IMG/VR virus record: IMGVR_UViG_3300009423_000003
Source of the DNA: a virus
DNA: 35,318 nt
Direction: 5' to 3' (one strand)
The position numbers were made by a program, and so were the translations under genes. This document shows positions 23,444 to 33,500 of the stretch, piece after piece; within the stretch, counting starts at the first letter, position 1, and the number at the start of each line of letters is the position of its first letter. The notes under the pieces are model-generated. The model was not told where the DNA came from. It made no database searches and saw nothing but the letters and a program-made list of their open reading frames with translations.

Positions 23444-23472
23444 ATAATACACAATAATTATATTAAATGCAA
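23444..23472 (-). promoter_or_regulatory. Sigma70-type promoter candidate for the minus-strand island (TTGCAT-17 nt-TATTAT)
   Basis: In minus sense, the -35 TTGCAT is the complement of 23467-23472. A 17-nt spacer follows, and the -10 TATTAT is the complement of 23444-23449. Confidence 0.45.
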
Positions 23473-23701
23473 TACTTTATATTACATTAACTATCAATAA
23501 CACCTTATATATATATATTTTTTGAGTGCGTCCAATCAAACACACTAAGCCGAGAAAAGCTATTTACGATTTTTACGATTGAATTTGCGTATTATCTACC
23601 GATTATATATTTTTGCCTCAATGGTATGCGAACAAATGAATCTATTTAAATCAAAACCTGGTTTTTTATCGTGAATAAAGCCGAGCCACAAGGACAGTTT
23701 T

Positions 23702-23730
23702 TTGCTTGCGACATACATCGCGTCTAAAAT
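23702..23730 (+). promoter_or_regulatory. Sigma70-type promoter candidate for the packaging/structural operon (TTGCTT-17 nt-TAAAAT)
   Basis: -35 at 23702-23707, a 17-nt spacer and -10 at 23725-23730. It has the same architecture as the promoter at 12541. Confidence 0.5.
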
Positions 23731-23767
23731 TTTTTTTTATTTTTAAGCACCAACATATGTTACAATA

Positions 23768-24079
23768 ATGGACTGGCCAATAATCACCGAAGCTGACTAC
23801 GAAAGACTCATCGAATCCATCGATCTCGGTGACGAGTTCTTTCGCAAACTAGCGATCTTCCGCTCTGGACTCATCGAGCCACATATGAGGCATTGGCAAC
23901 TCTCGGCTCACGAGGCCTACGATAAACTATCTGAGCGTGAACTTCAGGTCTTCAAGATGCGCTTAAAATCACACAGCTTCCCACTCATAGCAGAAAACCT
24001 GGAAATATCTGAATCATCAGCTAAAACCTACTGGCGCAGAGCCATACGCAAGTGTTGGGTTCTATTTGATGTAGTCTAA
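23768..24079 (+). CDS. Sigma-70 region-4 / LuxR-like HTH protein (candidate late regulator)
   Basis: LSERELQVFKMRLKSHSFPLIAENLEISESSAKTYWRRAIRK resembles ECF sigma region 4.2. Confidence 0.6.
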   Translation: MDWPIITEADYERLIESIDLGDEFFRKLAIFRSGLIEPHMRHWQLSAHEAYDKLSERELQVFKMRLKSHSFPLIAENLEISESSAKTYWRRAIRKCWVLFDVV

Positions 24080-24110
24080 TCTGTAGTTTTTGAAAGACTA
24101 TAGGAATCTT

Positions 24111-24509
24111 ATGGACAAAAAGAAAAAACTAGGCAGACCCAAGCTAAACATCGATGCTGAAAAAGTAGAGATGCTCTCAAGCTTTGGTTGTTCTACGGTA
24201 GAAATAGCAAAGCTTCATAATTGCGATGAGCAAACCATTCGCACACGCTTCAAGCCAGAGATACAACGCGGTAGAGAAAGCATGAAGATCAAGCTACGTC
24301 AGCTTCAATGGAAGACTGCCGAGCAAGGCTCAAACGCAATGTTGATATTTTTAGGGAAACAATATTTAGGTCAAAGTGATCGTAATGAACTAGAACTAGT
24401 AGGCAATCTTGAGGGATTACTCAAAGAGTGTGGCTACGAAGATTCACCCATTGAAAAGAAAAGTATTAAACAAACAGAAGCTCTGGAAAGCCCTAGAATA
24501 CTCGCCTAG
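24111..24509 (+). CDS. terS: Terminase small subunit
   Basis: N-terminal HTH (KLGRPKLNIDAEKVEMLSSFGCSTVEIAKLHNCDEQTIRTRF) and LIFLGKQYLGQSD. It lies directly upstream of TerL. The start was set to ATG 24111, which has the SD AGGAA. Confidence 0.65.
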   Translation: MDKKKKLGRPKLNIDAEKVEMLSSFGCSTVEIAKLHNCDEQTIRTRFKPEIQRGRESMKIKLRQLQWKTAEQGSNAMLIFLGKQYLGQSDRNELELVGNLEGLLKECGYEDSPIEKKSIKQTEALESPRILA

Positions 24510-25749
24510 CCCTAATCAACTTTCCGTACATAATTCGACAGCACGCTTTCGAGTGAACGTACAGGGAAGAAGGTCAGGCAAAAGCTATAGTGCTGCTAAA
24601 GAAATCTTGCCCTACATCCTTACTCCGAATACGAGAACCTGGATAGTTGGCCCAACGCTTGATTTAGCAGACAAGATTATGCGAGAGGTCAAGATAGACA
24701 TCATCACAAAGCTCAGACTTCCGATCGCATACAAGAAAGAGATTAGCGGTGCAGTACACTATATGAAGCTAGCTGGTCTAAACAGCGAAGTATCGGTCAA
24801 GTCAGCAGACAGACCTGAGTCATTAGTTGGTGATGGCATAGACCACTTAGTAGTAGAAGAAGCAGCAAAGATAAGGAAAATCGTATGGGAGCAGTATCTC
24901 AGACCAACACTAGCCGACAAGCAAGGCTGGGCGCTCTTTACAACAACACCAGAAGGATACAACTGGGTATATGATTTATGGCAACGCGGAAAGTCGGAAG
25001 AATTTCCAGACTGGGATTCCTGGCAACACCCAAGCTGGGAGTCTCCATTTTTCAAAGATGACATTGAAGAGCTAAAGAAGACACTTACATATGAAACATG
25101 GCAACAAGAGTTCGGAGCGCAATTCACCAGCTTTTCAGGGAGGGTTTTTCCGTTTGATCGCACCATACACATCCAAAAACTCAAGTATAACCCAGATCTT
25201 CCAACCTATGTGGGTATCGACTTTGGATACCGCACAAGTGCAGCAGGATTTTTTCAAGTCGAACAACATCCAAGTAAAGATAAAATTTATCTCATAGATG
25301 AAGTGTGGGAAGAGAATATCAAGACCGAAGACTTTGCAGATAAGATTAAAGCAAAAAGATACCCTATTATCCGTTATTTCGGTGATCCAGCAGGAGGAGG
25401 AGTACAAGCGCAGAGTGGAATTGGAGACATAGAGATTTTTAGGAAGAAAGGCATTAACGTTGAATACAGAAGAGATAAGGTCTCACGCAACATTCCAAAC
25501 GGTATTAGTCATATGCGTACTTGGTTTGAGGATGCTTCTGGAAATACCCATTTTTACGCAGACTCCAGAGCAGAAAAGTTTATATCTAGCTTTGAGAACT
25601 ACCGCTATCCAGAGAAGAAGAAAGACCAAAGACTTAAAGAAGAACCTCTAAAAGATGGACTCAATGATCACGCCTGTGATGCCAGTAGATATTTCTGGTG
25701 TAATCTTTTTCCAATTAAAAGTAGAACCGCAGGAACGGTAGATTGGTAA
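24409..25749 (+). CDS. terL: Terminase large subunit
   Basis: Walker A VQGRRSGKSY and Walker B DHLVVEEAA. Nuclease acidic motifs GIDFGY and NDHACDASRY. The start is uncertain (TTG 24409 or TTG 24451). Confidence 0.92.
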   Translation: MRDYSKSVATKIHPLKRKVLNKQKLWKALEYSPSPNQLSVHNSTARFRVNVQGRRSGKSYSAAKEILPYILTPNTRTWIVGPTLDLADKIMREVKIDIITKLRLPIAYKKEISGAVHYMKLAGLNSEVSVKSADRPESLVGDGIDHLVVEEAAKIRKIVWEQYLRPTLADKQGWALFTTTPEGYNWVYDLWQRGKSEEFPDWDSWQHPSWESPFFKDDIEELKKTLTYETWQQEFGAQFTSFSGRVFPFDRTIHIQKLKYNPDLPTYVGIDFGYRTSAAGFFQVEQHPSKDKIYLIDEVWEENIKTEDFADKIKAKRYPIIRYFGDPAGGGVQAQSGIGDIEIFRKKGINVEYRRDKVSRNIPNGISHMRTWFEDASGNTHFYADSRAEKFISSFENYRYPEKKKDQRLKEEPLKDGLNDHACDASRYFWCNLFPIKSRTAGTVDW

Positions 25750-25753
25750 ATAA

Positions 25754-27076
25754 ATGATAATACAAGATCTTTCAGAACAACTAATAATAGATAGTCTAGC
25801 AGATTATCTAAGCAACATAGAGACAAGGCGCACTAAAGAGCGTGAATACCTTCTAGATTTCTACGAAGGCTTTAATATCGAGGAATATGTAGGAGAATAC
25901 TTTGGCTCAGAAAGCCTCCAGCAAGTTCCAACGTACACGCAGAACCTAACGCGCAGAGTATGCAAGGCCAGAGGACAAGCCTACAAAAGACCTCCACGCA
26001 TAAGTGCAGACCCTAGATACAATGAACTTGCAGACCTACAAGGTCTTAATTCTAAGCGTAGGCAATTAGAGCAGACTACATTTTTGCTAGGAACGATGGC
26101 TTACCGCAGTTTATGGAACGAGAAGAAAAATAGAGTAGAGTATGAACTACTTCCATTCTTTGAACCGTTATTCTTACCAGGAGAGAAAGAGCCGTTTGGC
26201 GTTATTTATGCTATTGAAAACGAAGGAATGTCTAAGCTTGCAAATCAAGAGTATATTGTATGGACAGCAGACAGAGATGGTATGCCTGGTAAGCACTTCG
26301 GTATTGATGCACATGGTGACAAGTATTCGTTTAATGAAGGGGATGTCAACCCCTACGGAATTTTACCAGTATCCTTCTGCCATCGCTACTCTCCAATTCG
26401 AGACTTTTGGGTTGGGGATGCTAGTGATGTCGTAAATGCTGACCTAGCACTTTCAGTAGCAGCTATGGAAATATCGTTGTGCATCAGGCTTGGTGCTATC
26501 GGTGTCAAGTTCGTAACAGGTGTAGATGATCGCTCACGCATTTCTATGGGTGTAGATAAGATTTTATATCTTCCAGAAGGCGCTAACTTTGGTGTCACAG
26601 GCCCAAGTGCTAGTATCGATGATTTAATTAAAGGTGCTAAGTATCTTGTAGAGACTACTCTAAACAATAATCAGTTAAGAGTAAAGTTCATTGATTCTCA
26701 TGGTAACGCAGAATCAGCAGAAGCTTTGAGAGTACAAGAGATTGACAACTACTCAGAGGTACAAGCCAATATCGAAGACACTTGGAGAGCATGGGAACAC
26801 AATCGGTATGACATAGACCGCAGAATTATTGAAGTGCAGACAGGTCAGAAACTAAGTGCAGACTATCTAGTAGATTTTGAAGAGCCACAGATTCTATCAC
26901 CGTCAGAAGAACGCGAGATGTTTACCTGGTTGTTCCAGAACAAACTTGCTACGCGCAAGTCATATCTTATGCTAAAGAATCCAGATATGCTACCAGAGGA
27001 TGCTGAAAAGCTACTCGAAGAAGTAGATGACTCAGAAGGATCAGGGAATAGGCTTTTAGATAGACTGCAAAGCTAA
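25754..27076 (+). CDS. Portal protein
   Basis: 440-aa ORF immediately after TerL and before the MuF-like gene. The call rests on synteny and size. Confidence 0.75.
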   Translation: MIIQDLSEQLIIDSLADYLSNIETRRTKEREYLLDFYEGFNIEEYVGEYFGSESLQQVPTYTQNLTRRVCKARGQAYKRPPRISADPRYNELADLQGLNSKRRQLEQTTFLLGTMAYRSLWNEKKNRVEYELLPFFEPLFLPGEKEPFGVIYAIENEGMSKLANQEYIVWTADRDGMPGKHFGIDAHGDKYSFNEGDVNPYGILPVSFCHRYSPIRDFWVGDASDVVNADLALSVAAMEISLCIRLGAIGVKFVTGVDDRSRISMGVDKILYLPEGANFGVTGPSASIDDLIKGAKYLVETTLNNNQLRVKFIDSHGNAESAEALRVQEIDNYSEVQANIEDTWRAWEHNRYDIDRRIIEVQTGQKLSADYLVDFEEPQILSPSEEREMFTWLFQNKLATRKSYLMLKNPDMLPEDAEKLLEEVDDSEGSGNRLLDRLQS

Positions 27077-27873
27077 TGCCTTTAGACAGTACGATCGACC
27101 AAGCGGTCGCAGACTTTGAGTCTAGACTTACCGAGGCTCAAAATCAATTCACAGAAGATGTAGAAAATTTAAGGGAGCAGGGGCTATCCACAGAAGAGAT
27201 ACTGATTATTATAGGCGGTATCTCTATGGTCGATTACTGGCTAATTGACCTTCAGATGCAACAAGCGGTCAATAGACTAATGATGTCATTCGACACACTA
27301 CTTGACGATGCAGTATTCTTTGGTCAAGTATCAGAACCACAACTAGTAGCACTTCGCAGGATGCAACAAGCATCTATCTTGCGTTATGCGAATGACATCG
27401 GAGAAAGGGTCAGGCTATCTTTAGTGCAAGGCGTTCTACAGAAGATGCCTCAAAAAGACATTAGAGCAATGCTACTGCGAGACCTATCGATCAAACCGTA
27501 TCAAGTAGACACGATTATTACTACTTCAATGGCTACTTACTCTAGGTCGCTTACGCTTTTACAGTTAGAGGATAATCCAGAGCAACGCCTGATTTATCAA
27601 GGCCCAATGGATTCTAATACTAGACCTGTCTGTATACGGATGTTAAAAGAGAATGGGTTGACACAATCTCTAGTAGAATCTAAATATCCAGGCGCTTTAC
27701 GAGATGGCGGTGGTTTTAATTGTAGGCATCAATGGGTCGCTTTGTCACCTAAAACGCAAAATAGAGACATACAGCAAAAAGCTAAAGTAGCTTATCAAGG
27801 TATGCAGGATAAGGCAAAGAAGAAAGGCAGGGCATTTAAAGTGCCAAAAACATTAGAAGAGTATTACGGATGA
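27076..27873 (+). CDS. Minor head protein (Mu gpF / SPP1 gp7-like)
   Basis: The C-terminal GGFNCRHQW motif is typical of the Mu-F family, and the gene lies after the portal. ATGA-type coupling. Confidence 0.7.
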   Translation: MPLDSTIDQAVADFESRLTEAQNQFTEDVENLREQGLSTEEILIIIGGISMVDYWLIDLQMQQAVNRLMMSFDTLLDDAVFFGQVSEPQLVALRRMQQASILRYANDIGERVRLSLVQGVLQKMPQKDIRAMLLRDLSIKPYQVDTIITTSMATYSRSLTLLQLEDNPEQRLIYQGPMDSNTRPVCIRMLKENGLTQSLVESKYPGALRDGGGFNCRHQWVALSPKTQNRDIQQKAKVAYQGMQDKAKKKGRAFKVPKTLEEYYG

Positions 27874-28361
27874 TTAATTTTCAAAAAGCATTTAAGTTTG
27901 GCAGACCATTTTTTGAGAGTGTTGGTCGCACAGTTTTAAAATTACATAAAAGAAGAATCTTTAATGAAGGGCGAAATCCAGCAATGAAGCCCTTTGCTCC
28001 TTATACCGAAGCCTATAGAAAACGTAAAATGGCTGGTAAGGCTGCTAAAAATCAAGTAAGTAGAAGCGGTAAGCCTGATTTAACCTTAACAGGAAGAATG
28101 AAAAAAGCTTTTAATTATATAAAGTCTTCTTCACATGGATTTGAATATGGAATTATTGAACCAGATATGGCGGAACGTATGGAATTTCAAGGCCCTAAGA
28201 AAAAGAAGAAAGCTAGAGTAAGATTTGTATCAACTAAACTAAATCCTTTACCCATAAATGAACAAAAGCTTATTGCCAGAGAAATGGAAAATGAGCTTAT
28301 TAAGAATTTCAAAAAAGAAATTCGCAAAAACGGCATGGGTTATAAGGTATACACCATATAG
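27870..28361 (+). CDS. Basic virion morphogenesis protein candidate
   Basis: YTEAYRKRK...GKPDLTLTGRMKKAF is reminiscent of Mu gpG-like morphogenesis proteins. Weak. Confidence 0.45.
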   Translation: MINFQKAFKFGRPFFESVGRTVLKLHKRRIFNEGRNPAMKPFAPYTEAYRKRKMAGKAAKNQVSRSGKPDLTLTGRMKKAFNYIKSSSHGFEYGIIEPDMAERMEFQGPKKKKKARVRFVSTKLNPLPINEQKLIAREMENELIKNFKKEIRKNGMGYKVYTI

Positions 28362-28369
28362 GAGAAATT

Positions 28370-28900
28370 ATGGAAACGGACTCTAAAGTAGTCGCTCAGA
28401 AAGAGCAACCTGTAGAACAAGGCAATGTTCAAGAAAGTACCGACAGCAGCGCTGATGTTGGACAACTTATCGCAGATGCGAAAAAATACAGACACCAGCG
28501 CCAGGAAGCTGAAGCAAAGGTAAAGGAATTGCAAGGTCAACTCGATGAAAAAGATGAAGTAGAGATGCAGAAGAACAACGAGTGGCAGGACTTAGCTACC
28601 AAGTACAAGTCTGAACGAGACGAGTACAAATCTCAGGCAGAAGAAGGCGCGCAGATTAAAGAATCTGTACGAAAAGACCTTCTGAATCAGCTATCTGACG
28701 AAGATAAAGAGTTTGCGATAGATCTGGATACTTCAAAACTCCAGAAATTCGTAACTCGATCATTTAATCAGAAAGTTAAAACGAATGAATCGTACTCTAC
28801 ACCAATGCCAGACCGCTCTGTCAATCCGTTCGCGGAAATGAACAAAGACGAGAGGCAAAGGAATTGGAATAAGGTTCTTTCAAATTACGCTAAAAAATAG
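28370..28900 (+). CDS. Scaffolding protein
   Basis: Acidic, coiled-coil-rich 176-aa ORF directly upstream of the capsid gene. Confidence 0.7.
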   Translation: METDSKVVAQKEQPVEQGNVQESTDSSADVGQLIADAKKYRHQRQEAEAKVKELQGQLDEKDEVEMQKNNEWQDLATKYKSERDEYKSQAEEGAQIKESVRKDLLNQLSDEDKEFAIDLDTSKLQKFVTRSFNQKVKTNESYSTPMPDRSVNPFAEMNKDERQRNWNKVLSNYAKK

Positions 28901-28921
28901 CGTGGAAAGTAGATAACCACT

Positions 28922-29794
28922 ATGGCATTATCAGAAAATTTTGCTGGCGCATCGGTTACCACTACCACCGCTGCTAATTTTATACCTGAAATTTGGACTG
29001 ATGGAATAAAAGCATATTTAGAACGCAATCTTGTGTTCGAACAATGTGTTGATACTTCCCTCAATGGCCTTGTTAAAGGTAATAAAGGTGATACATATCA
29101 TATCCCTAAATTAGCAGAGGTTAGTGATGCCGCTAAAGCAGCAGAAACACTCGTAACTTACGCAGCTTCAACGCATGCAAAGGCCGATCTTACGATTGAC
29201 CAGCATCGTTACGCTGCAAAACTCGTTGAAGACATAGCATCTGTACAATCAATCCCAGGTCTTTTTGAAAAAGAAGTATCAGGTATGGCGTACGCGCTTG
29301 CTAAGACTTATGACGCATTTATTGAGTCTAAAGTTGAAGCAGCAACTACAAATAGTACAGCGCTAGCAGCAGACAACACAATCACAGCAGCAGAAATCAG
29401 AGGCGGAATGAAGACTTTGATGGAAGCTGATGTAGACACGAATGAGTGTCACTTTGTTGTTTCTCCTGCATTGTATACTGCAATGCTCGGAATCAGCGAT
29501 TTCGTAGATGCTTCTAAAATGGGCGCAGGCCCATCTGGATTGAAGAATGGTCAAATAGGAATGCTTTACGGTATGCCTGTTCTCCACTCAACAGTCATGG
29601 GAGCTGCAACTGGAACTGGTACCGAAGTTGGATACATTTTTCATCCTTCAGCCGTTTCCGCAGCTAGACAATTAGAGCCAAGAGTACAGAGCGAATATTC
29701 TGTAGACTTCTTGGGTACTAAAGTCGTAGCTGATATGCTTTACGGAGCAGTCACAGTTTTTGAGGGTAGAATCCAAGAGTTCAAGAATCCTTAA
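28922..29794 (+). CDS. Major capsid protein (HK97-fold expected)
   Basis: 290-aa ORF after the scaffold gene, followed by a strong terminator. The N-terminus FIPEIWTD... is typical of phage coat proteins. Confidence 0.8.
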   Translation: MALSENFAGASVTTTTAANFIPEIWTDGIKAYLERNLVFEQCVDTSLNGLVKGNKGDTYHIPKLAEVSDAAKAAETLVTYAASTHAKADLTIDQHRYAAKLVEDIASVQSIPGLFEKEVSGMAYALAKTYDAFIESKVEAATTNSTALAADNTITAAEIRGGMKTLMEADVDTNECHFVVSPALYTAMLGISDFVDASKMGAGPSGLKNGQIGMLYGMPVLHSTVMGAATGTGTEVGYIFHPSAVSAARQLEPRVQSEYSVDFLGTKVVADMLYGAVTVFEGRIQEFKNP

Positions 29795-29811
29795 TCACTA
29801 ATAGGAGTTAT

Positions 29812-29846
29812 ATGGGGGCTTTCATTAGCCCCCATTCCTTTTTTAA
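29812..29846 (+). terminator. Rho-independent terminator after the capsid gene
   Basis: 9-bp stem ATGGGGGCT/AGCCCCCAT, 6-nt loop, then TCCTTTTTT. Confidence 0.8.
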
Positions 29847-29864
29847 ATCCAGGGTAATATATAA

Positions 29865-30044
29865 ATGGCTACAAATCTAAAAGGCATAAATCTAAAAGGC
29901 TTAACATCAAGACAAAAAAGCCAAATGCAGAGGCATAAAACGCATCACACTAAAAGGCATTTATCAAAAATGGCTACAGTAATGCGTAAAGGCAAAACTT
30001 TCGCACAGAGCCATAGGATTGCACAAAGAGCCGTAGGTAGATAA
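29865..30044 (+). CDS. 59-aa basic His-rich protein, not in the ORF track (MATNLKGINLKGLTSRQKSQMQRHKTHHTKRHLSKMATVMRKGKTFAQSHRIAQRAVGR)
   Basis: Translated by hand. TAATG overlap with the next gene. Confidence 0.45.
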   Translation: MATNLKGINLKGLTSRQKSQMQRHKTHHTKRHLSKMATVMRKGKTFAQSHRIAQRAVGR

Positions 30045-30316
30045 TGGCTATAAATTATAGAGGTGTAAAATTCTCTGGTTACAATAAACCAAAAAGAACG
30101 CCAGCGCACAAAACAAAAAGTCACGCAGTTCTAGCAAAGTCAGGGTCTAAAGTAAAATTGATTCGCTTTGGACAGCAAGGCGTTAAGGGTGCTGGTAAGA
30201 ATCCAAGATCAAAAGCACAAAAAGCAAGGCGTAAATCATTTTTAGCTAGACATCGTAAGAACATAGCTAAAGGCAAGATGAGCGCAGCATATTGGGCTGC
30301 AAAGGTTAAATGGTAA
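30044..30316 (+). CDS. Small basic protein
   Basis: ORF track. YNKPKRTPAHKTKSHAVLAK...IRFGQQG pattern. Confidence 0.55.
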   Translation: MAINYRGVKFSGYNKPKRTPAHKTKSHAVLAKSGSKVKLIRFGQQGVKGAGKNPRSKAQKARRKSFLARHRKNIAKGKMSAAYWAAKVKW

Positions 30317-30531
30317 TGTTTAGAACTTTCGATTATGAATGCAGTAAATGCGAAGACATCTTTGAGATAATGACTAAAGTAGATGAAACTGCTACTTGTA
30401 AATGTGGCAACGTGAATTTAAAAAAACTTATGAGTGGGCCTTTATTTAAACTTAAAGGTGGCGGTTGGCCTGGAAAAGAGTTCAAAGCACAATCTGACTG
30501 CAAGCGAATGGCTAACGGTCAAAAGATATAG
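30310..30531 (+). CDS. FmdB-like zinc-ribbon protein
   Basis: FDYECSKCEDIFEI ... CKCG (CxxC ... CxC zinc ribbon). Confidence 0.6.
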   Translation: MVMFRTFDYECSKCEDIFEIMTKVDETATCKCGNVNLKKLMSGPLFKLKGGGWPGKEFKAQSDCKRMANGQKI

Positions 30532-30580
30532 ATGTAGTCTAATTCCCATTTAATTGAAGTCTATTAACAGGGGAACATAA

Positions 30581-33500
30581 ATGGCTAATTATAATTCAGA
30601 TTATACTGGCGCTCAAATTGACAGCGCAGTATCCAGAGCAAATTCAAGCGATGTGACCGCAGGAACGGTTGCAGCTAGTAAAGCTGTTGTTGTCGATTCT
30701 AACAAAGATATCACAGGATTTCGGCACATTGTCGCTTCTGGCACAGTCACAGCAGCAAACGTATCACTTACTGGCAACGTAGATCTAGGAGATGCTTCTG
30801 GAGATACGGTCACCATAACAGGGTCAATTGATTCAAACTTAATTCCAGCAGCAGATGACACCTACGACATTGGTTCGTCTAGCTATGCTTGGCAAGATCT
30901 CTTCTTAGAAGGAGACATAAATTTTTCAGATGGAGCGCAAATAGACGTAGCTAGTGGTGATTTTACACTAGACGTAGCAGGAGATATAGAATTTAACGCA
31001 GATGGCGGAGACTTTAGTTTTAAAGATGATTCGTCTACTTTAGCTACAATTAGTAGCTCTGGCGTAGTAACAGGCACAATGACCATTACTTCAGCTAGTA
31101 TTACAGATAGTAGTGGCTCTATTTCGTTTGGTAACGAAAACCTTACCACTAGCGGAACTATACAATACGGCAGTATTTCTGACGGATCTATAACCATCAC
31201 AGCTTTTGTAGATGAAGATGGTATGGACTCTAACTCTGCCACACTCGTACCTACACAACAATCAGTTAAGGCCTATGTAGATGCCCAAGTAACAGCCCAA
31301 GATTTAGACTTCCAGGGTGACTCAGGTGGTGCATTAAACATTGACTTAGATTCAGAAACACTAACTATAGCTGGTGGAGAAGGAATTGATACCTCTGGTT
31401 CCTCTAACACAATAACGATTGCTGGTGAAGATGCGACTACATCTAATAAAGGTATCGCATCATTTAGCTCAGATAATTTCTCAGTAAGCTCTGGAGCTGT
31501 AACAATTAAAGACGATGGTGTGATTCTTGCCACCGAAACTACTGGAGACTATGTACAGAATATTACTGGGGGAACTGGTATTGATTCAACTGGTGCAACT
31601 TCTGGTGAGAATATAGCACATACTTTATCAGTAGATTTAAACGAACTCACAACCGAAACAAGCATAGCAGATGCAGACTTTATTGCTATGGTGGATGCTA
31701 CGGATGATGCCTCTGGTAAAATAACTTTTGAAAACTTAGAAGATGCAATATTTGCTTCTGTATCTGGTGATATAGCAATAGCAGAAGATGGAACTGCAAC
31801 TATTCAAGCTAATAGTGTTGCGATGGCTACCGATACTACTGGTGATTTTGTAAACAGCATAACGGCTGGAACTGGCTTAACATCTACTGGAGCAACAAGT
31901 GGTGAGAATATTTCTCACTCATTAAGTGTTGATGCAGCTCAAACTCAGATAACAAGCGTTGGAACTTTAAATGCTGGAGCAATAAGCTCTGGATTTGGTG
32001 CGATTGATATTGGATCAAGCAACTTTACAACAACTGGAACGATTGATATATCTGGAGGAACTTTAACTTTAGCAGATAATCAAATATCTGGAAACAAAGT
32101 AGAAGGTGGCACGATAGCAGCTGTTACAATCTCAGCTTTAACTACTGCTGGAATATCTGCTTCAACAGATTTAGATATTGGCTCTCATGGATTTAGAGCT
32201 TCAACATTAACAGCCGATTCACAGACTTCTGGCAGAGTAGCAATCTATGGTACAAATGGTTTATTAACAGAAGATTCTGATTTAAGTTTTTCTGGATCAA
32301 CTCTATCAGCTACAAATGTAAATATTAGTGGAACATTAACTACAACAGGAACTGTTCAAGAAGTTTCTACAACAAATCTTAACGTAGAAGATCCATTAAT
32401 CCTTTTAAATAAATACGATTCACAACCTAGCAATAACGCATTCGATGCTGGTATTGTAATTAAAAGAGGTTCTAGTGATTCAACCCCAGCAAATGTCGCT
32501 TTTATATTTGATGAATCTGCTAATCAGTTTGCATTAATTGATACGGATGAAGATGGCACAACTGCTGGAAATGTTACTATAACAGATTATGAAAATTTAA
32601 GAATCGGTGCTTTAACGGCAGATGATGCTTCTACATTTACGAGCACAATCTCAGCAGCAACAGGATCTACGATTGGCAACCTTACTTTAGCCAACGGATC
32701 AATAACAGACTCATCTGGAGCAATAAGTTTTGGTAATGAGAATTTATCAACCTCTGGAACACTAGGGGCTGGAGCAATTACTGGTACAAGTTTTGTTATT
32801 GGTTCTGCTAATATAAATGAAGCTGAGCTTGAGATTATAGATGGGGGAACAATAACAACGTCTGAATTAAATATTTTAGATGGAGATACATCTGCAACCT
32901 CAACAACTGTAGCCGATGCTGATCGTGTAGTGATGAACGACAACGGAACAATGGTTCAAGTGGCTGTTACAGACCTGTCAGCGTACTTTGATGACGAGAT
33001 TACTGCAATGCCTAACCTAGCTTCAGTCGGAACATTAACTGCCCTTCAGGTGGATAATATTAACATCAATGGTAATACTATTATTTCTTCAGATACCAAT
33101 GGGCATATTAATCTTACACCAAATGGTAGTGGTGAAGTAAATATCTCTAAAGTAGATATTGACTCTGGAACAATAGATGGTACAACAATAGCTACCTCGG
33201 ATGTTACTGTAGGTTCAGGAAAAACGTTAGATGTATCAGGTGGTACATTGACTTTAGCAGATGACCAAATTCCAATGGCAAAGACTGCCATAGTAGCAGG
33301 AACTGGAATATCCCTTTCAACTAATACACTAAATGTGGATGCCTCGCAAACTCAAATAACTTCAGTAGGTACTCTCACAGGATTGACTATTGAAAACGCA
33401 ACTAATCCACTTATAGTTGGAGATGGTACTAAAAAATTATTCTTTGACCCTGACAGTAGTGGAGTAATAGTATCAACTGCTACTTCTCAAGGTGGCGAAG

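Noticed and set aside
21325-23667. Shared 12-mer AAACCTGGTTTT (contains a CCWGG site) at about 21325 and about 23654
   Set aside because: Identical 12-mers are expected many times by chance in 35 kb of AT-biased DNA. CCWGG sites are visibly present elsewhere, so there is no sign of avoidance or special placement.
25091-26667. Alternative-frame ORFs within terL and the portal gene (25091..25297, 25135..25407 minus, 25460..25651, 26142..26435, 26386..26667 minus)
   Set aside because: They are embedded in genes with strong motif or synteny support and have no independent signals.
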